Source: Candidatus Gottesmanbacteria bacterium (GTDB taxonomy: Bacteria; Patescibacteriota; Microgenomatia; 2-02-FULL-39-11). From it: a stretch of DNA of 64,000 nt. Shown piece by piece: positions 29,915 to 39,286 of this stretch; within the stretch, counting starts at the first letter, position 1, and every line of letters starts with the position of its first letter. Position numbers and translations under genes: made by a program. The notes beneath the pieces were generated by a model. It was not told the origin of the DNA and made no database searches. It worked only from the letters and a program-made list of their open reading frames with translations. The stretch is taken from NCBI GenBank assembly GCA_016186795.1, contig JACPKY010000001.1, positions 65,357 through 129,356 on the forward strand, written 5' to 3'.

Positions 29915-30027
29915 CTATCAAATAAATAATTCCGGTTTTTATGCCAAAGAATCTTAGAAAAAAATATTTCTCTTTCTATAATGACGGATTGACATACTAA
30001 TTTAAACACCCCTACAATGGAGAAAGA

Positions 30028-31155
30028 GTGACAAAACTGATTTTGGTCATTAGTTGTTTTTTTATTTTCCTACTCCTCTTTACCCTTCAACCTGTCCAAG
30101 GCGCATATAGCCTTCGGCAAAGTTCAGTCGATGGAAAATCCCAAATCATCCTTATAAAAGAACCAGAAAACAGTGTAATGCCAAATGTGAGCTTTGGTAA
30201 TCTCCTTGGTCTTCCATCAAAGACTCAGTCGCTAACGCCTTTCCTAAATTCAACCCTTCGCGCAAACAATATAAAAAGTGTCCTTGCGCAACTTGATGAG
30301 TATCAACCGATTAAAAATAATTTCCCCACTCCCACCCCGCAGATACTTGGTACGTCGACCTCAATGGCGATTCCTACTCTAATCTCTGCAGTTTCTTCCT
30401 TTGTCCAAGGTGACGATGAATTGCTTCCTCTGTATACCCCTACTCCAACCCCAATAACTACTCTAGTGCCACAAATCGGCGATCTTGTAAAAAATCCAAA
30501 AAACACCTACATCATTGCCCTTTTGGGAGATTCAATGGTAGACACGATGGGAAGGGATTTACGTGTCCTAAACGATTATCTCAAAGAAGCATTCCCTACA
30601 GGCTCTTTCGCACTTCTGAACTACGGATTTGGGTCAACAGATATGGAAAGTGGTTTGACGAGGCTCACTCGCTATTCAACATATTTAGATAAATTCTATC
30701 CACCGGTTCTTTCCTATAGACCAGACATCCTCGTTGTCGAATCGTTTGCATACAACCACTGGAGTGGAAACCAGTACGATCTGGACCGGCATTGGTTAAC
30801 AATTGCCAAAATCATTGACATCGTGAAAGAGAAATCGCCAAGTACGCAAATTGTCCTGTTCTCAACGATTGCCCCCCACCCACTCATATTTGGCGACGGA
30901 GCACTTAACTGGCCGGCAACAATGAAATGGCAATCTGCCCAAATTATTAAAAGCTATCTCGAAAATATGACCCGCTTTGCGATTTCAGAAAAATACCCGC
31001 TTGCCGATGCGTACCATCCCTCGCTTGACTATCAAGGATACGGCATCAAAACGTATATTAATCCCGGCGATAACCTTCACCTCTCCGATGAAGGAAGACG
31101 ATTTGTCAGTAAAAAAATCGTCGATACGATAAAAGAAAATAAACTGATACAGTAA
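30028..31155 (+). CDS. SGNH/GDSL hydrolase
   Basis: LLGDSM, DNLH motifs. Confidence 0.8.
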   Translation: MTKLILVISCFFIFLLLFTLQPVQGAYSLRQSSVDGKSQIILIKEPENSVMPNVSFGNLLGLPSKTQSLTPFLNSTLRANNIKSVLAQLDEYQPIKNNFPTPTPQILGTSTSMAIPTLISAVSSFVQGDDELLPLYTPTPTPITTLVPQIGDLVKNPKNTYIIALLGDSMVDTMGRDLRVLNDYLKEAFPTGSFALLNYGFGSTDMESGLTRLTRYSTYLDKFYPPVLSYRPDILVVESFAYNHWSGNQYDLDRHWLTIAKIIDIVKEKSPSTQIVLFSTIAPHPLIFGDGALNWPATMKWQSAQIIKSYLENMTRFAISEKYPLADAYHPSLDYQGYGIKTYINPGDNLHLSDEGRRFVSKKIVDTIKENKLIQ

Positions 31156-31156
31156 T

Positions 31157-31927
31157 ATGCACTGTCCATCTTGCGGCAATCTACTACAGAAACTGGAAGT
31201 CACGACTCTTGGAGGTATAAAATTCTCCGTTGACCACTGCGGCTACTGCGGTGGTACATGGTTTGATCCATTTGAAATCAATCGAGTTCCCTATCATGAG
31301 GTAGTGCGTCTTGCAAAACTCACTGTTCTTCCGAAACATGCACCAATTCCACCAAGGACACTCCTTTGCCCACGAGATCATACAAAACTTGAGCGGTTCC
31401 ACTCTGAAAGTCTGCCAACCAATGTCATTATTTTCCGCTGTCACAAGTGTCACGGGTACTGGGCGACACAAAAGAGTCTGGAAATCCTCAAAGAGACAGA
31501 GGAAAAACGAGAAGATCGATTTTCCAAAAAGCGCGGTTTTTATAAATCTGTCAGCGCCATACTCTGGCCGGCTTCATTTCTTGTCCTTCTTCTTATTGCG
31601 TCTTTTGTAACAATCGTCAATACTGGAAAACCACAAACTGTTTCGACGAAAGCAACGGAGGTTATAACAGCTCTTTCCATTATTCCCATTACAAAAACTT
31701 CAGTCACGATTTCTTTCCAAACCCAAACTCCCTACCGCTCTTCCATTTCCTATGGCAGGACACTCCTTGATATGCGTACTCTTCCTATTTCAACCGTTCC
31801 AACGACATCACACAGCCGAATCCTTATTGGTTTGGACGAAGATACTTCCTATATCTACCGGCTAACTCTTATTGACCAAAATAATCAAACGCTCACCTCA
31901 CCAGAGAGCGTATTTTCCTCAAAGTAG
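31157..31927 (+). CDS. Double zf-TFIIB zinc-ribbon membrane protein with FN3-like C-terminus
   Basis: CPSC..DHC..CGGTWFD; CPRD..C.KC.GYW; TM; H...L.GL...T.Y.Y. Confidence 0.75.
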   Translation: MHCPSCGNLLQKLEVTTLGGIKFSVDHCGYCGGTWFDPFEINRVPYHEVVRLAKLTVLPKHAPIPPRTLLCPRDHTKLERFHSESLPTNVIIFRCHKCHGYWATQKSLEILKETEEKREDRFSKKRGFYKSVSAILWPASFLVLLLIASFVTIVNTGKPQTVSTKATEVITALSIIPITKTSVTISFQTQTPYRSSISYGRTLLDMRTLPISTVPTTSHSRILIGLDEDTSYIYRLTLIDQNNQTLTSPESVFSSK

Positions 31928-32570
31928 TCAAATAACCATCAACAAATAACGTCCTATGGAGGCGAGTAACCCCGTATTTTTGTATTGCCTGTTGATGATC
32001 ACCGGTCCCGTAGCCTTTATTCTTCCCCCACTGATATCTTCTATATTTCTTTGCTAACTTCTGCATCAAAGTATCTCTATAGACTTTGGCAATAATTGAT
32101 GCGGCGGAAACTGAAAGGCATTTTTCATCACCTTTTATAATCGCCTTTTGACGATTTAGACCAATCCCGGCTATATACTTTACATGAAAAGCATCTATTA
32201 AAACGAATTGTTTCATTGTTGCATTGATATATTGTTTAATTGTTAAATTTTTTATTGCTCTTCTCATCGCTTTCTCGGTGGCTTTTACTATCCCAAAGCG
32301 ATTTATTTCTTCTACACTTCCCTCGCCGACAGCCCAATGAAAGTATTTTTTAATGTATGGGACAAGTTCTTTTCTCTTCGTAGCGGAGAGTTTCTTCGAA
32401 TCATTCACTCCCAAATCTATCACGAATGATTGACTACTAATTTCTTTCAGTGCAACAGCACCAGCAACGACAGGCCCAGCAAATGCACCACGGCCTACTT
32501 CATCAACTCCGATAATCCGTCTATATCCTTTCTTCCACAACAAAAGCTCATAGGAAAAGTCAGGAAGCAT
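31893..32570 (-). CDS. rnhB: Ribonuclease HII
   Basis: GVDEVGRG, DSKKL, KGD, AASIIAKV.RD, NKGYGT. Confidence 0.95.
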   Translation of the reverse strand: MLPDFSYELLLWKKGYRRIIGVDEVGRGAFAGPVVAGAVALKEISSQSFVIDLGVNDSKKLSATKRKELVPYIKKYFHWAVGEGSVEEINRFGIVKATEKAMRRAIKNLTIKQYINATMKQFVLIDAFHVKYIAGIGLNRQKAIIKGDEKCLSVSAASIIAKVYRDTLMQKLAKKYRRYQWGKNKGYGTGDHQQAIQKYGVTRLHRTLFVDGYLTTLRKIRSLVR

Positions 32571-32598
32571 ATCTATCGTTTATTGTATAGGGGGAGTA

Positions 32599-33480
32599 TT
32601 ACAGTTTCAAACTCTTGAGGTATTTGCGGAAGTTTCCATTGACATCCGGATGCTGGAGCGCAAACTCAATGACAGTTTTCAAATACTCGTACTTATCTCC
32701 GGTATCATAGTACGTAGCATCCTTTATTTCACAGACGAGTACTTTTTCGATTTTTTTGAGCTGCTCGATTGCCTCAGGAAGCCACAGTTCTCCACCTTTC
32801 CCTGGTTTGAGATTTTCAATGATCGGGAAGATTTCCGGAGGAAGGATGTATGCTCCATGAGCTGCTAAATTTGAAGGGGCTCGATCAGGATCGGGCTTTT
32901 CAAAAATATCGATAAGCTCATATACATTGTCTTTCACATTTTTGACTTTTGCTATCCCGTAACGGGAAAGATCGCTCTTCTCTTTAATTCGGACACCGGA
33001 AATAACAGGCTTCCCATACTCGGCATAGACATCAATCATCTGTTTGAGACGGGGAGGCTTGGAATGGATAAATTCATCACCCCAGAGGACTGCAAAAGGC
33101 TCGTTCCCAATGACATTCTTGGCACAAAGAACTGGAGTTGCATTCCCATATGGGCCCTTCTGACGGACATAAATAAAATTAGCCATTTCGGCAATGCGGC
33201 GGACTTCTGCAAGTTGCTTTTCTTTCCCTGCCTCTTCTAATCGCTTTTCTAATTCGAACGGATAGTCAAAATGGTCCTCGATCGACCGTTTATGCCACCC
33301 TGTTATCATGACAATATCCGTAATACCAGATGCCACAATCTCTTCCACAACATACTGAATAACGGGTTTATCAACAATCGGAAGCATCTCCTTGGGCATT
33401 GCCTTGGTTTGGGGAAGAAATCTGGTACCAAATCCTGCAGCTGGAATAACGGCTTTCCGAATCTTTGTGTTATGTTTCAT
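32599..33480 (-). CDS. galU: UTP-glucose-1-phosphate uridylyltransferase
   Basis: KAVIPAAGFGTRFLP.TKAMPKEMLPIVDKP; start at MKHNTK. Confidence 0.93.
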   Translation of the reverse strand: MKHNTKIRKAVIPAAGFGTRFLPQTKAMPKEMLPIVDKPVIQYVVEEIVASGITDIVMITGWHKRSIEDHFDYPFELEKRLEEAGKEKQLAEVRRIAEMANFIYVRQKGPYGNATPVLCAKNVIGNEPFAVLWGDEFIHSKPPRLKQMIDVYAEYGKPVISGVRIKEKSDLSRYGIAKVKNVKDNVYELIDIFEKPDPDRAPSNLAAHGAYILPPEIFPIIENLKPGKGGELWLPEAIEQLKKIEKVLVCEIKDATYYDTGDKYEYLKTVIEFALQHPDVNGNFRKYLKSLKL

Positions 33481-33731
33481 AGAATAAAGAAAGTATTCTC
33501 GATGATACACCGTCCAATATTCATAAGTCAAACTATCATACCCGCCATAAAATGGAATTTCGTCCTGAGGAAAACCTGTTGTATAATCCTCTCTTACCCA
33601 AAACTTGTCCTTGGGGCAGTTTAACAATCTGGATCAAAACGAGAGATTTCTTTTTCCGCCGGATTACTCCGACAGAAGAAGGAGTCTCTCGTGAGGGCGA
33701 CACGAAAGTCTCGATAATCACTGGAGGAACG

Positions 33732-34079
33732 ATGAAAACCACCATAAGATTAAGATACGAAAAAGTGCGACCTCGAAAATGCCACATCTGTGGAAAACCA
33801 GTACCCTTTCACGAGAATGCAGATGCAGTTCTGGCATTCTCCACAAACAATGCGAAATTGTTTTGTAAAGTGCTGGACAATCGCACCAGAGTTCATCATG
33901 CCCTCCCGAAAGGGAAATGTCCCGGCGATCCGAAGATCGTCGAAGCCAATCAAGGCAAAACAACCCACCAAGCCGCCGCTAGTATCCGCCGGACATTAAA
34001 ACTTTTTTCCGCGTGGGGCAAATACAACTACGACCGTGGTACATGGCTCGCGGAGTTTTTCGACGATATTACGTCATGA
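33732..34079 (+). CDS. Small hypothetical Zn-finger-like protein
   Basis: GGAGG SD before ATG 33732; CHICGK..HH..C. Confidence 0.6.
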   Translation: MKTTIRLRYEKVRPRKCHICGKPVPFHENADAVLAFSTNNAKLFCKVLDNRTRVHHALPKGKCPGDPKIVEANQGKTTHQAAASIRRTLKLFSAWGKYNYDRGTWLAEFFDDITS

Positions 34080-34391
34080 GAAACCACAAGAAAAGGAGGA
34101 ACTATCGGTAACTGAAAAAATTCTCGCGTGTAACACTGTACACGCACATAACAACTTCAGTAATAACGGTGAAGCAGGTTAAGGCAGGAATTATCTGCCT
34201 CAGGATCTGCCTGAGGAGGTCTGCAACTCAATGCGGCCGTTGATCCAGAAAAATCTCAATGTATCAGAGAAGATGCCTCAAAGCATTTCGTCGCCCATTT
34301 CCAGATGCTGCACTTCTCTGATACATTATTCTTTCCTTCTCTTTCCAATAGAATTGCACTTCCGCGTCTATTTATGATACACTCGTATCCT

Positions 34392-34610
34392 ATGCAATCG
34401 CCAACAATTATGATGCCGGATTTCAAGGGAAATCCAGTGGTATTTCTCAAAGAAGTACGTGCAGAACTCGTAAAAGTGATCTGGCCAGGACGAGCGGAAG
34501 TTATAAAATTAACAATAGTTGTCATCATGATTTCATTGGTATTCGGACTCTATATCGGCGGACTTGATTTGCTTTTTACCAAACTTACTGATGTACTTAT
34601 AAAACGGTAA
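34392..34610 (+). CDS. secE: Preprotein translocase SecE
   Basis: FLKEVRAEL.KV.WP motif; directly upstream of nusG. Confidence 0.92.
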   Translation: MQSPTIMMPDFKGNPVVFLKEVRAELVKVIWPGRAEVIKLTIVVIMISLVFGLYIGGLDLLFTKLTDVLIKR

Positions 34611-35263
34611 TGCCAGACGAATCAAACAAGACAAAACAAGCACAAACAGGAGAAATTCCTCAAAAAGAAGAACAAAAACCTGAGGTAAAAACTCCTACTG
34701 AAGCTCTCCCTGAAGAAAAACCGCAACCTGCGCCAAAACCGCCCGGACAATGGTTTGTCGTCCATACGTATTCTGGCCATGAAAATAAAGCAGCTGAAGC
34801 TCTTAAACAGCGCATCAAGACAATGAATTTAACTTCCAACGTTTTTGATGTTGTTGTCCCAACGCGAAATATTGTCGTAGTCCGTCATGGAAAAAAGGAA
34901 GAAACAAAAGAGAAAATCTTCCCCGGATACATCCTTGTCAATATGAACCTCAATGACGAAACGTGGCTTGCGGTACGCACAACTCCGGGAGTTACGGCAT
35001 TCGTCGGAGTTGGCAATAAGCCAACACCTATTTCTGATAAAGAGGTTGATGCTATCCTTAAATTTACCCAACTTGCAGCTCCCAAATTCAAAACTAAATT
35101 TAGTAAAGGCGAAGCTGTTAAAATTATTGACGGACCATTTGTCGACTTTCTGGGAACAGTTGATGTCATCGATGAAGATAAAGGAAAAGTCAAGATTTTG
35201 GTATCAATCTTTGGCCGCGAAACCCCAGTTGAGTTAGACTTCCTCCAGGTCGCCAAACTGTAA
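34610..35263 (+). CDS. nusG: Transcription termination/antitermination factor NusG
   Basis: WFVVHTYSGHE, FPGYILV, GPF.DF.G, IFGRETPVEL. Confidence 0.97.
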   Translation: MPDESNKTKQAQTGEIPQKEEQKPEVKTPTEALPEEKPQPAPKPPGQWFVVHTYSGHENKAAEALKQRIKTMNLTSNVFDVVVPTRNIVVVRHGKKEETKEKIFPGYILVNMNLNDETWLAVRTTPGVTAFVGVGNKPTPISDKEVDAILKFTQLAAPKFKTKFSKGEAVKIIDGPFVDFLGTVDVIDEDKGKVKILVSIFGRETPVELDFLQVAKL

Positions 35264-35384
35264 AGATTCATTTCCTGTGAATTGTGTCATATTTATATCC
35301 TATATTTTCCGTGAAAACTTTTCTATAGGTTATTATGTGGATAATTTATCCATGACTTATAATAATTTCTCCCAAAAACGCTCT

Positions 35385-35651
35385 CTATTCCCATACTTCC
35401 AATCCTTTATAAATAAGTTGTTTTAAGAAAGATTGGTATGGAATATCCATTTTATGAGCCCGAATCTTGACCCGATCAATGAGTCCAACTGGAAGTCTTA
35501 TTGTGATGGGACGGGTTGTAAGCCGGAGATTGGGAAAACTGACTCTTACCGCTTTGGAATAATCCACATACTCGGTAGAATCGTGCGTTTGCCACCATTC
35601 TCGTTCTTCTTTCTCATTGTCAAATTTTGGAATCTTTTTCAACTTCTTCAT
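35385..35651 (-). CDS. BrnA/CopG-like antitoxin
   Basis: IPKF..E.EE..WW.THD, ITIRLP, IPYQS. Confidence 0.85.
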   Translation of the reverse strand: MKKLKKIPKFDNEKEEREWWQTHDSTEYVDYSKAVRVSFPNLRLTTRPITIRLPVGLIDRVKIRAHKMDIPYQSFLKQLIYKGLEVWE

Positions 35652-35943
35652 ATTGCCTCCTTTCTTTTTTATTTGCAGCTCTTACAGAAATAATTCTGAT
35701 AAAAATTCCCCGTATGGTAAATATTGCGAATAGTCTTTTCCGATTGACTGTTTTTCCTATGGCGATAAACCGTTCTTCTTTTTCTGAATGGGATACGTCT
35801 TCAAGGAAGAGAATCTGTTCATCCAGAAATATTTCTTCTGCTTCCCTCGGTGTAATTCCATGCTTCTGATAGCTTTTATCAATATTTCCCTTGTCCCATT
35901 CAAATTGAAAAGGCTTCTGGAAATCAACCATTGTACATATCAT
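35620..35943 (-). CDS. BrnT-family toxin
   Basis: FEWDKGNI.KS..KHGI, HS.KEERF, IRIIS.R. Confidence 0.88.
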   Translation of the reverse strand: MICTMVDFQKPFQFEWDKGNIDKSYQKHGITPREAEEIFLDEQILFLEDVSHSEKEERFIAIGKTVNRKRLFAIFTIRGIFIRIISVRAANKKERRQYEEVEKDSKI

Positions 35944-36115
35944 ATATGTACACTATTTACCTGTCAAGTTTTTCGCTTCTCCTCTTTCATTTTTTATCCC
36001 TCTATGATATAGTTACCCTACCTCGGAAAACTCTGAGGAAGTTGGCCTAAACGGCAACGAGATACCTCTTTACGCTTTCCATTTTTGTATCCGTTGTATC
36101 CGTTTCAATTTAATC

Positions 36116-36538
36116 ATGGCAAAAAAAGTAAAGACGATCATTAAACTCAACCTCCCAGCCGGTGAAGCAACTCCTGCACCCCCTGTTGGTCCGGCTCTTG
36201 GACAGCATGGGGTCCCTATTATGGATTTTGTCCGCGCGTATAACGAAAAAACCGCAAAGCTCAAAGGACAGATAATCCCTGCTGTCATTACCGTCTACGT
36301 TGATCGAACATTTGCGTTTATCACGAAACTCCCGCCGGTTGCCGAGATGATCAAAAAGAAGCTTGGCATCCAGAAAGGATCTGGAAAAACAGGTCGGGAA
36401 CAGGCAGGGATACTCAAAAAGGCCCAAGTTGAGGAAATTGCCAAGGAAAAAATGGCAGATTTAAACTGTGACACGGTTGAGTCTGCAGTAAAAGTTGTAG
36501 AAGGAACAGCAAGGAGCATGGGAGTGAAAGTAGAATAA
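36116..36538 (+). CDS. rplK: 50S ribosomal protein L11
   Basis: [24 protein letters not shown]. Confidence 0.98.
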   Translation: MAKKVKTIIKLNLPAGEATPAPPVGPALGQHGVPIMDFVRAYNEKTAKLKGQIIPAVITVYVDRTFAFITKLPPVAEMIKKKLGIQKGSGKTGREQAGILKKAQVEEIAKEKMADLNCDTVESAVKVVEGTARSMGVKVE

Positions 36539-36539
36539 T

Positions 36540-37412
36540 ATGGGTAAAATACGTGTTTCAACATTAGGTAGTGAGGAAGAGCAAGAGATTCGAAATAAGC
36601 AGAAAACTCGCCGTGAAGAGAAAAAGAAGCGAGTACAAGCTGCAAAAGTCCATATTTCCGGGATGAAAGGTGGCGAGAGAGTCAAAAGTGTCGGCGCAGA
36701 ATCTGAAGAAGAAATAGAAAGACTGGCAAAATTGACAGAAGAAGTAGAAAAAGACCAGGCAGAAGGTATTAAAATCGGTGAAAAGCCGGAAAAAAAGAAA
36801 AAGTTTAAGGTTAGAGAGCGTTCCCCCCGCTATAAGCAGGCAGCAATGAAAGTAGATCAGGGGAAGATATATCCGATTTCTGAAGCACTACCTCTTCTTC
36901 GGAATATTTCGCTAACCTCATTTGATGCAACGGTTGAACTCCATATTAATACTACGGAGAAAGGTCTGCGGGGGGCGGTCACCCTCCCTCACGGGACAGG
37001 AAAAGAAGTTCGTGTAGAAATTGCCAACACTACGACAATTGACAAAATTATTGAAAAAGTAGAAAAAGGCACAATTGACTTTGATGCTCTCATCGCCCAC
37101 CCTCAAGTGATGCCCCAACTTGCCAAAATCGCACGGTATTTAGGCCCAAAAGGTCTTATGCCCAACCCAAAAGCCGGAACAATCTCACAAACTCCAGAAA
37201 AAGTTGCAGAGAAGCTTAGAGGCGGAGAAATCCAGTGGAAAACAGAATCAGATTTCCCTCTCATTCACATGCGCCTAGGGAAACTCTCGTTTAAAGACAA
37301 CCAACTTGAGGAAAACTTCAAAACGCTCATCAAAGCAATCGGTGAGACAAAAATCAAGGCCATCACCCTTAAGTCAACGATGAGTCCTGGAATAAAAGTG
37401 CAAGTAGAATAG
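36540..37412 (+). CDS. rplA: 50S ribosomal protein L1 with long charged N-terminal extension
   Basis: FDATVE, LPHGTGK, LGPKGLMPNPK.GT, STMSPG. Confidence 0.96.
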   Translation: MGKIRVSTLGSEEEQEIRNKQKTRREEKKKRVQAAKVHISGMKGGERVKSVGAESEEEIERLAKLTEEVEKDQAEGIKIGEKPEKKKKFKVRERSPRYKQAAMKVDQGKIYPISEALPLLRNISLTSFDATVELHINTTEKGLRGAVTLPHGTGKEVRVEIANTTTIDKIIEKVEKGTIDFDALIAHPQVMPQLAKIARYLGPKGLMPNPKAGTISQTPEKVAEKLRGGEIQWKTESDFPLIHMRLGKLSFKDNQLEENFKTLIKAIGETKIKAITLKSTMSPGIKVQVE

Positions 37413-37484
37413 TCATAACCTCAAACCCGTCCGCCTACTGGCGGATCCACCATGAGTCCGGGGATAAAAGTCCAATTCCCTTGA
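37413..37484 (+). pseudogene. Diverged duplicate of the rplA 3' end interrupted by a palindrome
   Basis: 37446-37484 encodes STMSPGIKVQFP* with synonymous changes versus rplA STMSPGIKVQVE*. Confidence 0.8.
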
Positions 37485-37513
37485 CAATTCCTACCAACAA
37501 TCATATACTGAGT

Positions 37514-37759
37514 ATGAATTCATTTCATACTATGGATACTCAACGCATCACCATCAGTCTTCCTGGATACATCTATAAACGTCTCAGAAAGACAATACCG
37601 TCTCGTGGTATAAGCCAATTTGTGGCAAAAACCGTGGAAAAAGAACTTATGGATATGAAAGCAGAAGACCCTATCCAAGGATTTTTTGAACTTCAGAATC
37701 ATTTTCCAAAACTGACCACAAAACAAATTCTCAACGCAATCAGAAAAGGAAGAACGTGA
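37514..37759 (+). CDS. CopG/RHH antitoxin
   Basis: TQRITISLP..Y..L.......SQFV; TTGACA-17-TATACT promoter at 37481-37509. Confidence 0.8.
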   Translation: MNSFHTMDTQRITISLPGYIYKRLRKTIPSRGISQFVAKTVEKELMDMKAEDPIQGFFELQNHFPKLTTKQILNAIRKGRT

Positions 37760-38169
37760 AGATTTTTATTGTGGATGCTTCTATACTGCTCCGAACTCTC
37801 TCAAATAAAGGTGGTACCGCTGACATTTTCCTTCGGAAACTTCTTGCAGACCAAAAAAGCAATTCTACTCATCTCTATTCCACTTCATTTCTGATGATAG
37901 AAGTTGCAAATGGATTACGTTTCTCTCTTGGCGATGAAAAATTTGCTAGAGATTCCCTAAGACGGCTTTCAATTCTGCCAATTCGGTATATCGAAATAAC
38001 CAGTTCTTATCTCGAAGAAGCGCTACGGTGGTCCTATACGTACAAAACAACCGTCTACGACAGTATCTATCATGTCGTAGCAAAAATGCTTGATGGGACG
38101 TTTCTGACATGCGATGACGAGTATTACCAGAAAGCAAAATCAGTCGGGAATATCAAGCTTCTCAGTTAA
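37756..38169 (+). CDS. PIN-domain (VapC) toxin
   Basis: IVDAS, EVAN, TVYDSIY, FLTCD. Confidence 0.88.
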   Translation: MKIFIVDASILLRTLSNKGGTADIFLRKLLADQKSNSTHLYSTSFLMIEVANGLRFSLGDEKFARDSLRRLSILPIRYIEITSSYLEEALRWSYTYKTTVYDSIYHVVAKMLDGTFLTCDDEYYQKAKSVGNIKLLS

Positions 38170-38288
38170 CATTTGACTTCTCTTCCCTACTTTTTTACAA
38201 TACTTTCTTAGTAGTGACAATGATGTCCTCCCAGTAACATGGGAGGCTTATTTTAAGGAAGGCACTTTAACATCTGCATACCCAAATA

Positions 38289-38508
38289 GCCAAAACCCGG
38301 AACGCAGTAATGAGGAAATAACGTCGTACTAACTGATCTCAGCTTTATCTCTTGGGGTCCTGCCGCGCGGCAGCCCAAAAATCATCCACAAGGGGTCCCC
38401 GATTTTCGGGCTCCCGCCTTGCGTCACCCCTACATCTGTGTTGATGTCAGTTTATTACGGTTGAATAGAAGTGCTTATTTTCTCTCTGCTGCGTTCTTGG
38501 TTCATGGC
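38289..38508 (+). ncRNA. Candidate structured ncRNA or leader
   Basis: Long basal helix with G-U pairs on + strand enclosing three hairpins; TTGACT-17-TACAAT promoter at 38173-38201; no ORF. Confidence 0.55.
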
Positions 38509-38582
38509 GAAGATGTATCGTGGGCGGGTATACATTTGAAACGTGAACAAAGAAAGCAGCGATTCCAAGGAGGAACCAAACC

Positions 38583-38798
38583 ATGAAAAACCCGATTTTG
38601 ATCCTGGCACTTGGAGCAGCCATAGTTGCTCTTGCGCTGACTCAACTTGGCGGTGCTACTCTACCTACAAACGAACCGAATTGGAGATGTAAACCAAACG
38701 GTCACCGCTTCTATTCGGCGACGAAACCTGCCAAGTGCCCTTCATGCTATTCCGGCGACATCGAACCGTTCAGCTATCCTGGCGCGAAGAAAACCTAA
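38583..38798 (+). CDS. Small exported Zn-ribbon protein
   Basis: AAGGAGG SD; hydrophobic N-terminus; WRCKPNGHRF...CPSC. Confidence 0.65.
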   Translation: MKNPILILALGAAIVALALTQLGGATLPTNEPNWRCKPNGHRFYSATKPAKCPSCYSGDIEPFSYPGAKKT

Positions 38799-39034
38799 CC
38801 GTCGCCCGGCGCGATTCCAATTGCCACAAAACCCGCCCGTTTGTATTCAATCTCAGTATAATTGCAAGGTAGGAGATACAGAAATCTCAAGTATCATCAT
38901 AATCATCTGTATCTCCTGTCTGAAGGGAGGTTTTATTTTTTTTTGCGGTATGCAGTTTTTTCCGGTTTTATTGGGGTTGATTTTTGAAGGATCAAAGCAA
39001 TTGATCCCTCTTGCAATAACCCCAATAAGACTTA

Positions 39035-39197
39035 GAGCCTGTTTGAGAAGTCCCTTTCGTTACGAAAGGTTGCAGGTTCAAGCGAAAACAGCGCATCATG
39101 ACGAAGGAGTATACGAAGGTATACTTCTAGGAATGATAAGCTGTTTGCAGCTGAATCCTGCAATCTTGCAGTAGAATGCGACTTTTCAAACAGGCTC
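39035..39197. mobile_element. MITE (IS5-like ends)
   Basis: TIRs GAGCCTGTTTGAGAAGTC / GACTTTTCAAACAGGCTC; flanked by TTA on both sides; internal nested hairpin. Confidence 0.8.
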
Positions 39198-39286
39198 TTA
39201 AATCAAAAATCCCCTTAATTCCTTTTGCGGAATCTGAGGGGATTTTTGCTGTTGATTTCATTGGTTTGAACCTCTACAATGCGCCC

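Noticed and set aside
35336-35354. DnaA-box pair (TGTGGATAA / TTATCCATG) suggesting oriC
   Set aside because: Only one perfect box and no dnaA/dnaN context
38647-39286. 175-aa ORF and the extended methyltransferase N-terminus
   Set aside because: They read through hairpins and the MITE; the real start is probably 39287
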